DNA from: a virus
Virus record (IMG/VR): IMGVR_UViG_3300045988_165550
Coordinates: 32,001-96,000 of that record
Reading direction: 5' to 3' (one strand)
DNA: 64,000 bases
Shown here: piece by piece, positions 1 to 8,914 of the stretch
Position numbering within the stretch: position 1 is the first letter of the stretch
Layout of the letters: each line of letters opens with the position of its first letter
The notes under the pieces: generated by a model
Databases searched by the model: none
What the model was told of the DNA's origin: nothing
Seen by the model: only the letters and a program-made list of their open reading frames with translations
Made by a program: the position numbers and the translations under genes

Positions 1-37
1 AGAAGAAAAGTAATGAGGATAAAGATATAATAATAAG

Positions 38-68
38 AAGGTATAGTCTTAAAACTATACCTTTTTTT
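38..68 (+). terminator. Rho-independent terminator closing an off-window upstream + strand unit
   Basis: Perfect 10-bp stem AAGGTATAGT (38-47) / ACTATACCTT (54-63) with a 6-nt loop, running into a T7 tract (62-68). Confidence 0.7.
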
Positions 69-153
69 AGTATCTAATATATAATAATTCTTAAATTTAG
101 ACCAAATTATAAATTAAACAATAGCTAACCTATCATTGTTTGAAATATTTTTG

Positions 154-161
154 TATCTTTG
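154..161 (+). promoter_or_regulatory. Bacteroidota-type -7 promoter box (TAnnTTTG) for the left-arm + strand gene array
   Basis: TATCTTTG, 46 nt upstream of the ATG at 207 and just after the terminator at 38-68. Confidence 0.6.
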
Positions 162-206
162 CAACCGAAAGATAGGTAATATATACTTTTTTAAATAAAA
201 AACGAA

Positions 207-374
207 ATGGTTAATATCACCCATTGTTCGCAGAAGCCTGATGCCAAGCCTTGCTGGGTATGCCTGCACGGTAGGTATTGCATCGGCGGATTGTACTGCT
301 GCAAACGGAAACGGTATGTGCAGTATCAGGACACCGCCGATTGCCCGGATAAGGAGATGGAGCAGGTTAGTTAG
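207..374 (+). CDS. Small Cys-rich protein (55 aa), possible zinc-binding; below the ORF-track size cutoff
   Basis: My translation is MVNITHCSQKPDAKPCWVCLHGRYCIGGLYCCKRKRYVQYQDTADCPDKEMEQVS. It is the first ATG after the promoter box and contains 8 Cys. Confidence 0.3.
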   Translation: MVNITHCSQKPDAKPCWVCLHGRYCIGGLYCCKRKRYVQYQDTADCPDKEMEQVS

Positions 375-397
375 TAACACAATAATAAGGTAAAGAT

Positions 398-793
398 ATG
401 GAAAAAGAATTTAAGGCCATCCTGCTTACCAAGGAGTCTTGGATGAATAGCCCACTGAGTGTGGCCAAGTATTCCGGAGGTGTGCAGGTTACTGGCGAAG
501 GCGGTAAGAAGAGAACTCTCCTCATCGTGAATAAGGAGGGTAAAGACCTGTATCAGGTGGGCATCCCTTCTGGCGAGTCAGCCGACTTGGTAGATAAGGA
601 GTTTATTCCTCTCTATAAGAAGCTGGGCAGAGATTTGTTTATTTCCATCGTCAATGCCAACCCTTTGACTTCCCGCAAGGAGCTGAAGGAAATCCTCACC
701 CAGCAAGCCGAAATAAAGAAGAAGGGTGAGGAAGCCGAAAAGGCAGTAAGAAAAGAAAAAGAGAAGAGACAGAACCCTTCGTTTTTCGATTAG
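398..793 (+). CDS. Hypothetical phage protein with a Lys/Glu-rich C-terminus
   Basis: 131-aa ORF with start context AAAGATATG, first long gene of a co-directional array. Confidence 0.7.
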   Translation: MEKEFKAILLTKESWMNSPLSVAKYSGGVQVTGEGGKKRTLLIVNKEGKDLYQVGIPSGESADLVDKEFIPLYKKLGRDLFISIVNANPLTSRKELKEILTQQAEIKKKGEEAEKAVRKEKEKRQNPSFFD

Positions 794-833
794 ATAATTC
801 GAGTTTTAATACAATAAAGATTTATAGAGTAGA

Positions 834-1283
834 ATGAAAACATTAGAAGAATTTCAGAAACAAGTTCTTACTCCTTTGCGTAAGGAGAGAGACGACAAGC
901 AGGACGCAGCGAGAGAAGTTCGCTCTAACGCTGCGGCTGAGTATATGAAGGCAAAGAAGATGATTGAGGAAAAGGAACATGCCTTCAAAGAACTGCAAGA
1001 GCAAGTACTGGAAGTATTCATACACCAGCAACTCCTCGACCGAAAGGCATATAAACTCCTGCTGACCGCCGAGCGTACAGATGCCTGCGCCAAGTATGAT
1101 AAAGCCAAGCATGATGAGAAGATAGCAAAACGCCGTGCCAACGAGGAGTATATGGATAAAGTAGGCATCGCCTTTTCCCAATATAACAAAGAACGAGTAA
1201 CCGCAGGCGAGCAGCCTATATATTACGAGAAGAGCCGTGAGGTCCTAGCCGAGGAACGCAAGGCTGGTCATAGTGAACAATAA
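834..1283 (+). CDS. Hypothetical coiled-coil protein
   Basis: 149-aa ORF rich in charged heptad-like sequence. The antisense ORFs 843-1189 look like shadows of it. Confidence 0.7.
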   Translation: MKTLEEFQKQVLTPLRKERDDKQDAAREVRSNAAAEYMKAKKMIEEKEHAFKELQEQVLEVFIHQQLLDRKAYKLLLTAERTDACAKYDKAKHDEKIAKRRANEEYMDKVGIAFSQYNKERVTAGEQPIYYEKSREVLAEERKAGHSEQ

Positions 1284-1294
1284 ACAACAAAAGC

Positions 1295-2380
1295 ATGAAC
1301 ACAAAACAACAGAATGTTCTTCGCACTCTTTTGAAGAAATATAAATTCAAGAGTGTGAGCAATATAGTCCGCCAGGAACTCGGAATCAATTTCGAGAACT
1401 TCCTACAGAAGACGGAACCCCTCTACGTTATTCCTCGCATCGCTTCCTGCTATGCCGTGGAAGGGGATAAAGAGAAGCTGAACGGTATCATTTACAAGGA
1501 ATGGCTGAAAGATGTGGTAGAAAAAGCCTGGGTAGCTCCTCTTAATGAATACACCGAGGAGTACGGCGAGCGCATCGTTCTCTCTGCCATCTATTACCTT
1601 ATCGACAATGGCTTGTGGGAAACCTACGAAGGTCGCCTAGCCCTGGATGCGCAGGAAGAAAATTACTACGACAAGCTGGAAGATATGCCTTCCGCCATCG
1701 CCATGGTCCAGGAACAGCAGCAAGCCGAGGAGAAGAAAGTTGAGGAGGAGAAAGCCGCAATGCCCCTCACTGGAGCACCTGGCAAAAATCCCCCTCTCGC
1801 TCCCGTTCCCAGCGATTCCATCGCTGGCAAAAAGGAATCCGCCCCAGGCTATACGCTCACCGCCGAAGATGCCGTAGCCCTCATCGGTACCACTTCCGAA
1901 ACCTGCGCTCAGTTGAAGCAGAACATCGAACGCCTGTTTGATTTCATCCGCACCGACAATGATACCGATGTCCTTCGTCAGAAGCTCTCCGACCTGCAGC
2001 GTCAGCTAGAAGCCCAGAAAGCCGAGCACCAAAAAGATATAACCGTCCTTCAGCAGAAAGTCGATGAAGCCAATGCCACTATGCAGAAGGCAAGCAATTA
2101 TATTTCTAAGCTGCGTCAGGAAGCCCAGGAAGTCCAGAAGCAATACGATGAGCTGAATGCCAAATACAAGAAAGCTCTGGATGAGCGTGATGATGCCGAC
2201 AAGGAGTTGGAAACCTGCAAGAAACTTCTCGAAGAGGAAGCCAATCGCGAGCAGCTTCCGAAGAAGAAAATCATCCCATACAGCGTTCTCGATGCCGTTC
2301 CGCTCTTGGGCAAGGGTGTAATGACGGGCTTGGTACCCGTCCTCTCCAAGTACAACATCGTGGTAGATTATAACAAGTAG
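1295..2380 (+). CDS. Hypothetical protein: N-terminal globular part, Pro/Ala linker, C-terminal coiled coil
   Basis: 361-aa ORF. The linker (PLAPVPSDSIAGKK) is encoded by a copy of the 25-nt hairpin element. Confidence 0.75.
   Translation: MNTKQQNVLRTLLKKYKFKSVSNIVRQELGINFENFLQKTEPLYVIPRIASCYAVEGDKEKLNGIIYKEWLKDVVEKAWVAPLNEYTEEYGERIVLSAIYYLIDNGLWETYEGRLALDAQEENYYDKLEDMPSAIAMVQEQQQAEEKKVEEEKAAMPLTGAPGKNPPLAPVPSDSIAGKKESAPGYTLTAEDAVALIGTTSETCAQLKQNIERLFDFIRTDNDTDVLRQKLSDLQRQLEAQKAEHQKDITVLQQKVDEANATMQKASNYISKLRQEAQEVQKQYDELNAKYKKALDERDDADKELETCKKLLEEEANREQLPKKKIIPYSVLDAVPLLGKGVMTGLVPVLSKYNIVVDYNK
1803..1827 (+). repeat. 25-nt hairpin element, copy 1 (inside a CDS)
   Basis: CCGTTCCCAGCGATTCCATCGCTGG, with stem CCAGCGA/TCGCTGG and loop TTCCA. 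Translated in frame as VPSDSIAG. Confidence 0.9.
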
Positions 2381-2388
2381 AAAAGCGT

Positions 2389-3087
2389 ATGGATCAAGGT
2401 ATCATCAATCCGAAGAATTTGTTTCTTTCAAGGGTAGAAAGAAAGGACAATATCGTTCTGATGCCTACTCCTGTTGGCAGACCCGAAGAGTTCGGCTGCA
2501 TAAAATTCAACAACGTCACAGAACGTTTATCGAAGCCCCGGGTAGTAGACCACGCAGAAACGGATGTTGAATTTGTCTTCCGAAACAAGATGGGTAGCGT
2601 TTATGCCGCGGTTTATCACAACGAAAAGGGCGAGGTAATCACAGATATGCTGACTAAGGCGAAAAGCTCTAAGTGGGAGTTTCACAATTTTAAAATCAGT
2701 TTTCTTCCTTGTTTTACGAATGCTTATATCTCGTCGATATATGGCTACAAGCAGATTTCTGAATTGCAGGTTGCGCAGGAATTATCTCGCTTCTTCGCAT
2801 TTGAAGGCGTTAAGTCAGTTATCGGAGATTATTCCATGTTGGCACTCCCCGGTGGCATAGCCGTAGCTCGATGCGTCTTCAAGGATGAGGAAATACTTTC
2901 TGCTGAGTTGTTCGATTTCGTAACATACGAGTCTCTTGATAGGGATGAAATCAAGGACATCTACTATCAGGAGTTCCATCAACACATTTCCGGAGAAGAA
3001 ATGAATATCTCTAATTTCCCCGAAGACTTTCTGAAGGAGATTCTTGCGGATAGTGTAGAGAAGATGCAGAAGAAATGTGATAAATAA
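2389..3087 (+). CDS. Hypothetical phage protein
   Basis: 232-aa ORF. The start carries the recurrent AAGCGTATG junction. Confidence 0.7.
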   Translation: MDQGIINPKNLFLSRVERKDNIVLMPTPVGRPEEFGCIKFNNVTERLSKPRVVDHAETDVEFVFRNKMGSVYAAVYHNEKGEVITDMLTKAKSSKWEFHNFKISFLPCFTNAYISSIYGYKQISELQVAQELSRFFAFEGVKSVIGDYSMLALPGGIAVARCVFKDEEILSAELFDFVTYESLDRDEIKDIYYQEFHQHISGEEMNISNFPEDFLKEILADSVEKMQKKCDK

Positions 3088-3493
3088 AAGAATAGTCTTG
3101 AGAGAATGGAAAAGACAATGGCAAATAAAACAAAACGATATGGATAAAGCAGATTTCGATTATGATTTCTATCTCGTCACGCTCCGCACGGCTGATGCAG
3201 TAGGCATGACGGTAGTGAAGAAGGATGACTTGGCACGTGTCATGGCTATCATTCTCAACGAGGGAGGCAACGAGCAGTTTACCAACAGCTACAAGTTGAG
3301 GGTAGAAATGCAGTTTGCTCAAGAGAAGTATCATATCCGTGGTGGCGAAGCGCCCGACCCTAGATTTGTTCTCCTCTTGCGGCGCTATATCCGGGAGATA
3401 GAAATATATCAGGAGCAGCATAAAGGCGGTTATCCCGACTGGGCAGTAACCCTGATGAAGGATCGCTATGGCATCAAGCTCTATAATTGCTAA
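3077..3493 (+). CDS. Hypothetical phage protein (start uncertain; alternative ATG near 3140)
   Basis: 138-aa ORF overlapping the previous gene by 11 nt. Confidence 0.55.
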   Translation: MINKRIVLREWKRQWQIKQNDMDKADFDYDFYLVTLRTADAVGMTVVKKDDLARVMAIILNEGGNEQFTNSYKLRVEMQFAQEKYHIRGGEAPDPRFVLLLRRYIREIEIYQEQHKGGYPDWAVTLMKDRYGIKLYNC

Positions 3494-3498
3494 AGCTT

Positions 3499-3523
3499 CC
3501 GTTCCCAGCGATTCTATCGCTGG
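3499..3523 (+). repeat. 25-nt hairpin element, copy 2 (intergenic)
   Basis: CCGTTCCCAGCGATTCTATCGCTGG, 6 nt after the stop at 3493. The 3-prime flank GTCCAAAAG resembles that of copy 4. Confidence 0.9.
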
Positions 3524-3554
3524 TCCAAAAGAAAACATCTAGAATAATAAGTAT

Positions 3555-4121
3555 ATGAAAATATTCAAGCTAAAAGAAGGTTCCAAGTCCTACGATTGGG
3601 TAAAGGACGTAATGTCAAAAGAACTCGAAGAAAAGAATGCGTATGGCAGACGAGTTCAAGAAGCGATGGGCATTCCTCTAGGTAATTGCATCTATCGCTC
3701 CGCCAATTTCTGCTATGCCAGAAAAGCGATTATCCATAAGTTCGAGTTTACCTCTGAAGAGTATGCTAAAATGGATAAAGATGTATGGAAGAAGCTTGGC
3801 GGCGGTGAATCTGTCGTATACGTAGTTCCTAGCCCGATAAGCGAGCAGGGCAAGCGTATCAGGGAAGCGATGCAATCATATAACCCCATAACCTGCCATG
3901 CTGAAATTCTTGAAAAGTTGGACTTGAAATCCATTGTTCGAGAAATCGACACTACCCCCGTCAGTCTTTTCACCCACGAGAATAAGTATTACTTCGTCCT
4001 CGCAGATGATAACATCGTTCTTGCCGATGATAACAACGGCGAGATAGAGTTGATAACCGAGGAGGATGCCAAGCGCCTCACCGGTTTCAAAGATGAGCGG
4101 GTAGATTATAGCAAGAAGTAG
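3555..4121 (+). CDS. Hypothetical protein, paralogue of 5716-6237
   Basis: 188-aa ORF. The N-terminus MKIFKLKEGSKSYDWVKDVMSKELEEKNAYGRRVQEAMG aligns by eye with MLYEAKQGTKTYEYIKGILDAEKKEHQVYMERVKEAVG. It has an internal 21-bp tandem duplication (VLADDNI/VLADDNN). Confidence 0.7.
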   Translation: MKIFKLKEGSKSYDWVKDVMSKELEEKNAYGRRVQEAMGIPLGNCIYRSANFCYARKAIIHKFEFTSEEYAKMDKDVWKKLGGGESVVYVVPSPISEQGKRIREAMQSYNPITCHAEILEKLDLKSIVREIDTTPVSLFTHENKYYFVLADDNIVLADDNNGEIELITEEDAKRLTGFKDERVDYSKK

Positions 4122-4149
4122 TAATATAGTTATGGCACTTGAGTAATGT

Positions 4150-4470
4150 TTGGATTTGCAACTTATACTCCTTGCGATATTTGTAATATTCCTTATCGTG
4201 CTGATGGAACAGATAGCAGAGTATATTTATTTTAAAAAGGATAGTAGTATGAAGATAAAGATTATTTCAGTTCGTCTTCCCAGATTCTTTAATGGGGAGA
4301 GACTCCCGAACTTTGCGGATGAGGTGAAATACTTCATCATGTATAAGAAACATTGGTGGCAGAGATACAGATACCTGAATGATCGTTTCACCCGTCCATT
4401 GAAGTTTGATAGCTTTGATGCAGCAAAAGAGTATCTGGAAAAGATAGGTATAGATTATAAGGGAAAATAA
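4150..4470 (+). CDS. Hypothetical small protein, possible N-terminal TM helix (TTG start in the track; ATG at MKIKII is an alternative)
   Basis: 106-aa ORF. The hydrophobic N-terminus LQLILLAIFVIFLIVL is present only if the TTG start is used. Confidence 0.45.
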   Translation: MDLQLILLAIFVIFLIVLMEQIAEYIYFKKDSSMKIKIISVRLPRFFNGERLPNFADEVKYFIMYKKHWWQRYRYLNDRFTRPLKFDSFDAAKEYLEKIGIDYKGK

Positions 4471-4472
4471 CT

Positions 4473-4922
4473 ATGGCAAAGAAAGAAGATCCAATGAAAG
4501 AACCGGCAGAAGAATATGCAGGTTTAGGTAAGGAAGTCTTCATCTGTAAGAGAAAGAACTTCGGCAATCCTTCCCTGTGGCACAAAGTCTCTCTTGCTGA
4601 TGACAGCACAGTTTCTATCCCAAGCGATTCTGCCACAGGTAAGCAAACGAGTAAGAAAAAGCCCCGTAGTTTCACCGGCACTTTCATACTGGTAGATGAT
4701 AAAGAAGCACGATATGAAGCTCAGATGTTAGCAGTAACGGTATTGCCAGTATTCAGCAAGTCTATGCTATCCATCACCATGCCTCATGTGCCATTTGAGA
4801 TGCGGAACGATTTTACGAAATTATATCGCAACCCTAACAATTTCTTCTATAAGGAATTGGCCAATAGTTTATCTTATCCTATTCGTCTTGCCTATCGCGG
4901 TTTTATCACAGTTCAAAAGTAA
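4473..4922 (+). CDS. Hypothetical phage protein
   Basis: 149-aa ORF starting 2 nt after the previous stop. Confidence 0.6.
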   Translation: MAKKEDPMKEPAEEYAGLGKEVFICKRKNFGNPSLWHKVSLADDSTVSIPSDSATGKQTSKKKPRSFTGTFILVDDKEARYEAQMLAVTVLPVFSKSMLSITMPHVPFEMRNDFTKLYRNPNNFFYKELANSLSYPIRLAYRGFITVQK

Positions 4923-4927
4923 GTAAT

Positions 4928-5362
4928 ATGGCAGAAAAGAAAGTGTTAACCATTCACCTAACCGATGAGTGGTATCAGAAGATAGCTAGCGGAGAGAAGA
5001 CAGAGGAATATCGGGAATGCTCCTTATACTGGACGGTACGTCTTTTAAGAAAGGATGTTCCGAATAGGCCAGACGTGATAGCTGGCGTAGCCAAATATCA
5101 TCGTGCTGCCGATAGAGGCCTTTTTGTGCAAGGCTATCTCACCGGAGGACTCAAACACACTTCGGATAGTCCGGAAGATAGAACTTACCGCAAGGAGGTA
5201 TTGGAGCCTTTCACTCACGTTCATTTTCTCCTTGGTTATCCGAAAGATAATCAACCGTATATCGAGAAGGAAATCGACGAGATAACGGTAGATAAACCAA
5301 AGAAGGGTATGTGCCCAGATAATTGGTTAAAAAAGAATATGTTCGTAATCAGATTCAAATAG
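4928..5362 (+). CDS. ASCH-domain-like protein
   Basis: The N-terminus KKVLTIHLTDEWYQKIASGEKTEEYRE resembles the ASCH/PUA-like beta-barrel signature (GxKTxExR). Confidence 0.5.
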   Translation: MAEKKVLTIHLTDEWYQKIASGEKTEEYRECSLYWTVRLLRKDVPNRPDVIAGVAKYHRAADRGLFVQGYLTGGLKHTSDSPEDRTYRKEVLEPFTHVHFLLGYPKDNQPYIEKEIDEITVDKPKKGMCPDNWLKKNMFVIRFK

Positions 5363-5370
5363 ATAAGCGT

Positions 5371-5508
5371 ATGAAAGAAAGTCTTAGAAATTATTATTAT
5401 CACCCGGAATTTACAATGATGGACAAGTCCTTTATGATGATTCCTACTCCGAAAGATTTCGGGCAGTATTTGCAGAATATAAAACGTAATAGGAGAAGAA
5501 AGAAATGA
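5371..5508 (+). CDS. Small basic protein (45 aa)
   Basis: I trimmed the start to the ATG in the AAGCGTATG junction, directly after the stop of the previous gene. C-terminus is KRNRRRKK. Confidence 0.4.
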   Translation: MKESLRNYYYHPEFTMMDKSFMMIPTPKDFGQYLQNIKRNRRRKK

Positions 5509-5762
5509 CGTTAGAGTTATCAATGGAGGAAAAGATAATCGTAACCGTTCTTTGGGTGTTCACGATATTCTTCCTGGTGTTGTTTTCTGGAATATTTGAA
5601 GGTGGGCATGAGCCTATAAAGCCGCCGGATATCCCGCCACCGCCGCCTCCATCTCGCCCTCATCCTCTGCTATTCCGCCGCAGATTAAGATTAAGAACTA
5701 AAAAACGAAGAAGATATGTTGTACGAAGCAAAACAAGGAACAAAGACTTACGAATACATTAA
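5505..5762 (+). CDS. Small membrane protein with polyproline and poly-basic tail
   Basis: TM helix IIVTVLWVFTIFFLVLFSGIF, then PPDIPPPPPPSRPHP, then an RRRLRLRTKKRRR tail. Overlaps the next gene by 47 nt. Confidence 0.45.
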   Translation: MTLELSMEEKIIVTVLWVFTIFFLVLFSGIFEGGHEPIKPPDIPPPPPPSRPHPLLFRRRLRLRTKKRRRYVVRSKTRNKDLRIH

Positions 5763-6237
5763 GGGTATTCTTGATGCGGAGAAAAAGGAGCATCAGGTTT
5801 ATATGGAGAGAGTAAAAGAAGCTGTGGGTTTCGAGTTCGATGATTACCTATGTTGTCTAGCTAACGACAGCAATGATCGAAAAATCGAAATATCCTATAT
5901 CTGGGTGCCTTTTAAACAATGCGAAACACTAGATAACAAGGCATGGCGAGTAATAGATTGGGATAAACGAGAGGACGGCCGATATGTAGCTATAGTGCCC
6001 AATAAGCGCTATAAGCAAGGAAGGCTGTTAGCTAGCGTACTCGACTCCTATAAATCTCTCATCGGAAAAGATGAGATAATAAAGGAATTGGGAATAGATG
6101 TATCTCATGTTAGTCCTTTTGGTAATAAAATTATGCTCTTTCGTCGTAAGGACTGCATTTTCGTTTCTTTTGATGATCGTGCCCGAGTCGAAGAGTGTAA
6201 TCTTGATTTCAAGAAAGTCGAGATAGAAGGATATTAG
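5716..6237 (+). CDS. Hypothetical protein, paralogue of 3555-4121
   Basis: 173-aa ORF with N-terminal similarity to the 3555-4121 product, by eye. Confidence 0.7.
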   Translation: MLYEAKQGTKTYEYIKGILDAEKKEHQVYMERVKEAVGFEFDDYLCCLANDSNDRKIEISYIWVPFKQCETLDNKAWRVIDWDKREDGRYVAIVPNKRYKQGRLLASVLDSYKSLIGKDEIIKELGIDVSHVSPFGNKIMLFRRKDCIFVSFDDRARVEECNLDFKKVEIEGY

Positions 6238-6270
6238 GATTTTATTAATAGTGATAAAAGAAAATAGCGT

Positions 6271-6855
6271 ATGTTCATAGTAACAAACCCTCTCTTGGTA
6301 TTTCTGTTCGTGTTCTTAGTAATGATTATATTTGTAATCTGTGATAAGATAAAAGAAGAAAGATCTTACAGATTAAGTCATAGGCTTTGGGCAGGAGAGG
6401 AGAAATGCCAATGGGACATAGAATCTCAGTTCATTACTGGAGACTTGGTATCAATAGACTGCCATCGTATATATGAAGTTTTGGGGCGTATTTCTGAAAC
6501 GGAATATCTAGTCACCTATAATCGGCTTCTTAAAAAAGGGCATATTGTCGTGCATGTATCTAACATAAATGGTCTTAGAATTACTCCTGACAAATTGATG
6601 CAAGCAGGTTTTTCTTGTCCAGATTTTGTTGATCCGAAAGAAATGCGTTATGATGTGCCTTATAAAAAGGTATTCAAAAAGGATGGAACTGAAGTTATAA
6701 TAACTCGTAGTCCCAAGAGCACTATGCTAAGAAATTATTGGAATGTTCATTTAGAACATTATGATTTTGTTACTCCGTCCAAAAAAGATATTGTTTACAT
6801 CCACGAGTTGCAGCATTTTCTTTTTGGCCTAGGTCTTAATTATCGAGAAGAATAA
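6271..6855 (+). CDS. Hypothetical membrane-anchored protein
   Basis: 194-aa ORF with N-terminal TM helix LLVFLFVFLVMIIFVI. Start lies in an AAATAGCGTATG junction. Confidence 0.65.
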   Translation: MFIVTNPLLVFLFVFLVMIIFVICDKIKEERSYRLSHRLWAGEEKCQWDIESQFITGDLVSIDCHRIYEVLGRISETEYLVTYNRLLKKGHIVVHVSNINGLRITPDKLMQAGFSCPDFVDPKEMRYDVPYKKVFKKDGTEVIITRSPKSTMLRNYWNVHLEHYDFVTPSKKDIVYIHELQHFLFGLGLNYREE

Positions 6856-6929
6856 TTTTTAAAGCGTATGAAAGAAGAAGAGCGTGCAGCCTTGGCTGCG
6901 AGATTAAAATAATAAAAACATTAAAGATT

Positions 6930-7175
6930 ATGGCATGTAATTGTATTAGCAGAGTTGAAAAACTTATCAAGGAGAAGACCAACGAGAGTGGTTGCCTTGA
7001 TACAGGTATCGGTGTTCCATCGGGCATTGCGATGGTAAACATTTATGGTTTGTTCCATAAACAGAAGAAGGATGGTTCCTTCTGCGAAAAGTGGAACAAG
7101 GTCAATATCCTCCCCGAGTATTGTCCTTTCTGCGGGAAGAAATATGTGGAGGATAAAAAGGAAGATGTTCAATAG
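6930..7175 (+). CDS. Small zinc-ribbon-like protein
   Basis: 81 aa with CNC near the N-terminus and CPFCG near the C-terminus. Confidence 0.5.
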   Translation: MACNCISRVEKLIKEKTNESGCLDTGIGVPSGIAMVNIYGLFHKQKKDGSFCEKWNKVNILPEYCPFCGKKYVEDKKEDVQ

Positions 7176-7195
7176 AAAAAAACGAGAAATAGCGT

Positions 7196-7813
7196 ATGAA
7201 AAAATATTATGAAGATGAAAAAAATGCGGATCATTCCGTTATTCATCTGATGTTAAATACAAATTGTGATAATCATTGCATGTTGTGTTGTAATGACCAA
7301 TACGTTTTAAGTTCTGTTCCGGTTGTAACGGTAGAGGAACTTAACAACGCTAAAACGGTGTTGCTGACAGGTGGTGAACCTTTCAAGATTCCGTACTTTG
7401 CTGATTTCGTGCAAAATCTGCGAGGTCAATATAAAAACATAGAAAACCTTTATGTTTATACTTCTGGATATTCTATGTACCACAACTTAGAGCAGTGGAA
7501 CAAAAATGAGGTTTATACTGATATTGATGGCGTAAACATCTCACCTAAAGGAACCAATCGTGAGCGTTGGGCTATACAAGGTATGTTAGGGAAGAATGCG
7601 TTGGATATTTTCTTTCAGATATTTGCTTCCATGAAAAGCTGCAGGCTTATCTTAATGGACCGCAAGGAGAAAAATGACGAGCTTCTTTCTACTCTGAATC
7701 TTCAGCAATTCCGAGACCTTGGTGTCCGTTTCGATGTAGAGTATCGTGATTGGCAGAACAAATTTCAGCCTAATGGCGGGGTGTGGAGAAGATTACCTAT
7801 ATTGTTAAATTAA
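7196..7813 (+). CDS. Small radical-SAM enzyme of unknown substrate
   Basis: CxxxCxxC cluster CDNHCMLC and SAM-binding LLTGGEPF. At 205 aa it is in the minimal size class of QueE/NrdG-like activases. Confidence 0.75.
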   Translation: MKKYYEDEKNADHSVIHLMLNTNCDNHCMLCCNDQYVLSSVPVVTVEELNNAKTVLLTGGEPFKIPYFADFVQNLRGQYKNIENLYVYTSGYSMYHNLEQWNKNEVYTDIDGVNISPKGTNRERWAIQGMLGKNALDIFFQIFASMKSCRLILMDRKEKNDELLSTLNLQQFRDLGVRFDVEYRDWQNKFQPNGGVWRRLPILLN

Positions 7814-7825
7814 ATAAGCAAGCGT

Positions 7826-8401
7826 ATGACACAAGAAGAATATATATCCTTGACTGCAAGTCAGAACGTTCTGAAGGAGATTCAGAAAGAATATCCTGGC
7901 AAGACGATAGATAATATTATTCAGCAGATAGGAGAAAGATTAAAGCATAGCGGACATACGTGCTGCTCTTATCCTACCACCTACAAAAATTGCTATAGAT
8001 TTGAATGCTGGATTCACGATAGAAGTGAACTACCCGATGGTAGCGGCAGAAGAATTACTCTCGAAATCAAAAACAGAAGCAACACTGCACGCACTTTAAT
8101 GGTATTTGACCAGACTTATGATCCTATAGCAAAGGAACCTGTATGCGGTTATATCCGTGGGTTTTCCGTTGATGAAGAGGTGCGGCAGAAAGGTATCGGT
8201 TCGGAAATGCTTAGACGGCTTGAAAATCAAGCAAGAGAAATAGGCGTTCATGTTCTGCTCATTGAAAATGAAATCAAGCCTACTTCGGGTTCATGGGCAG
8301 ATGAATGGCTTTCCGGCAAGGGCTATCATTCTGATGCACCTGGTGACACTCGTCTGTATCATTATCAAATGATGTACAAAAGATTAGTTGATAGTTATTA
8401 A
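7826..8401 (+). CDS. GNAT-family N-acetyltransferase with an N-terminal extension
   Basis: Acetyl-CoA motif A, VRQKGIGSEMLRRLENQAREIG. Confidence 0.7.
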   Translation: MTQEEYISLTASQNVLKEIQKEYPGKTIDNIIQQIGERLKHSGHTCCSYPTTYKNCYRFECWIHDRSELPDGSGRRITLEIKNRSNTARTLMVFDQTYDPIAKEPVCGYIRGFSVDEEVRQKGIGSEMLRRLENQAREIGVHVLLIENEIKPTSGSWADEWLSGKGYHSDAPGDTRLYHYQMMYKRLVDSY

Positions 8402-8412
8402 AACGATTGCGT

Positions 8413-8871
8413 ATGAAGATAAAGATAGAACAGATAAAGGAGAAGATTGCAGGGTTTATCTTTGACCTTATCATAGAATCGGGCAGTAAGTCTAAATTCT
8501 TCCGTAAGTACACCAACCATCGTTTTCGTAAGCAGTACGAACGATTGACGGGTAATGCCGCTTGTAGGATGTATAAACGCAACAGCGATTTGGAAAGAGA
8601 GATTATCAAGCTGCGTGAAAAGATTAATACTTTGAAGTGTAGACTTCGTTCAGCTTATAATAAAATAAAAGTCGTAGCTACGGAGTACCCTAAAAACATT
8701 CCGTGTCCTCACGGAGAAAAGGATGAGATAAACCATGACCCTGTCAGAACAGATTCCGTTGAATGCTGGTGCTGCCCAGGTTTCGTAGACAGAGTACCCG
8801 AAGATGGTACCATCATCTGCTGGAATAAGAACTTTGAGCAGAGTGAGGATTTAGAGAATAAAGAAAAATAG
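8413..8871 (+). CDS. Hypothetical protein: coiled coil plus a C-terminal Cys/His cluster
   Basis: Start trimmed to the ATG of the GCGTATG junction. Contains CPHGEKDEINHD...ECWCCPGF. Confidence 0.6.
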   Translation: MKIKIEQIKEKIAGFIFDLIIESGSKSKFFRKYTNHRFRKQYERLTGNAACRMYKRNSDLEREIIKLREKINTLKCRLRSAYNKIKVVATEYPKNIPCPHGEKDEINHDPVRTDSVECWCCPGFVDRVPEDGTIICWNKNFEQSEDLENKEK

Positions 8872-8914
8872 CGAAGAGTAATAGTCAGTAACAAAGAAAT
8901 TAATAGAAAAAGAT

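Noticed and set aside
114-380. 88-aa minus-strand ORF at the left edge.
   Set aside because: It runs antisense across a + strand promoter box and a plausible small + strand ORF. Its sequence is low-complexity and hydrophobic, and no minus-strand promoter or neighbouring minus-strand genes exist.
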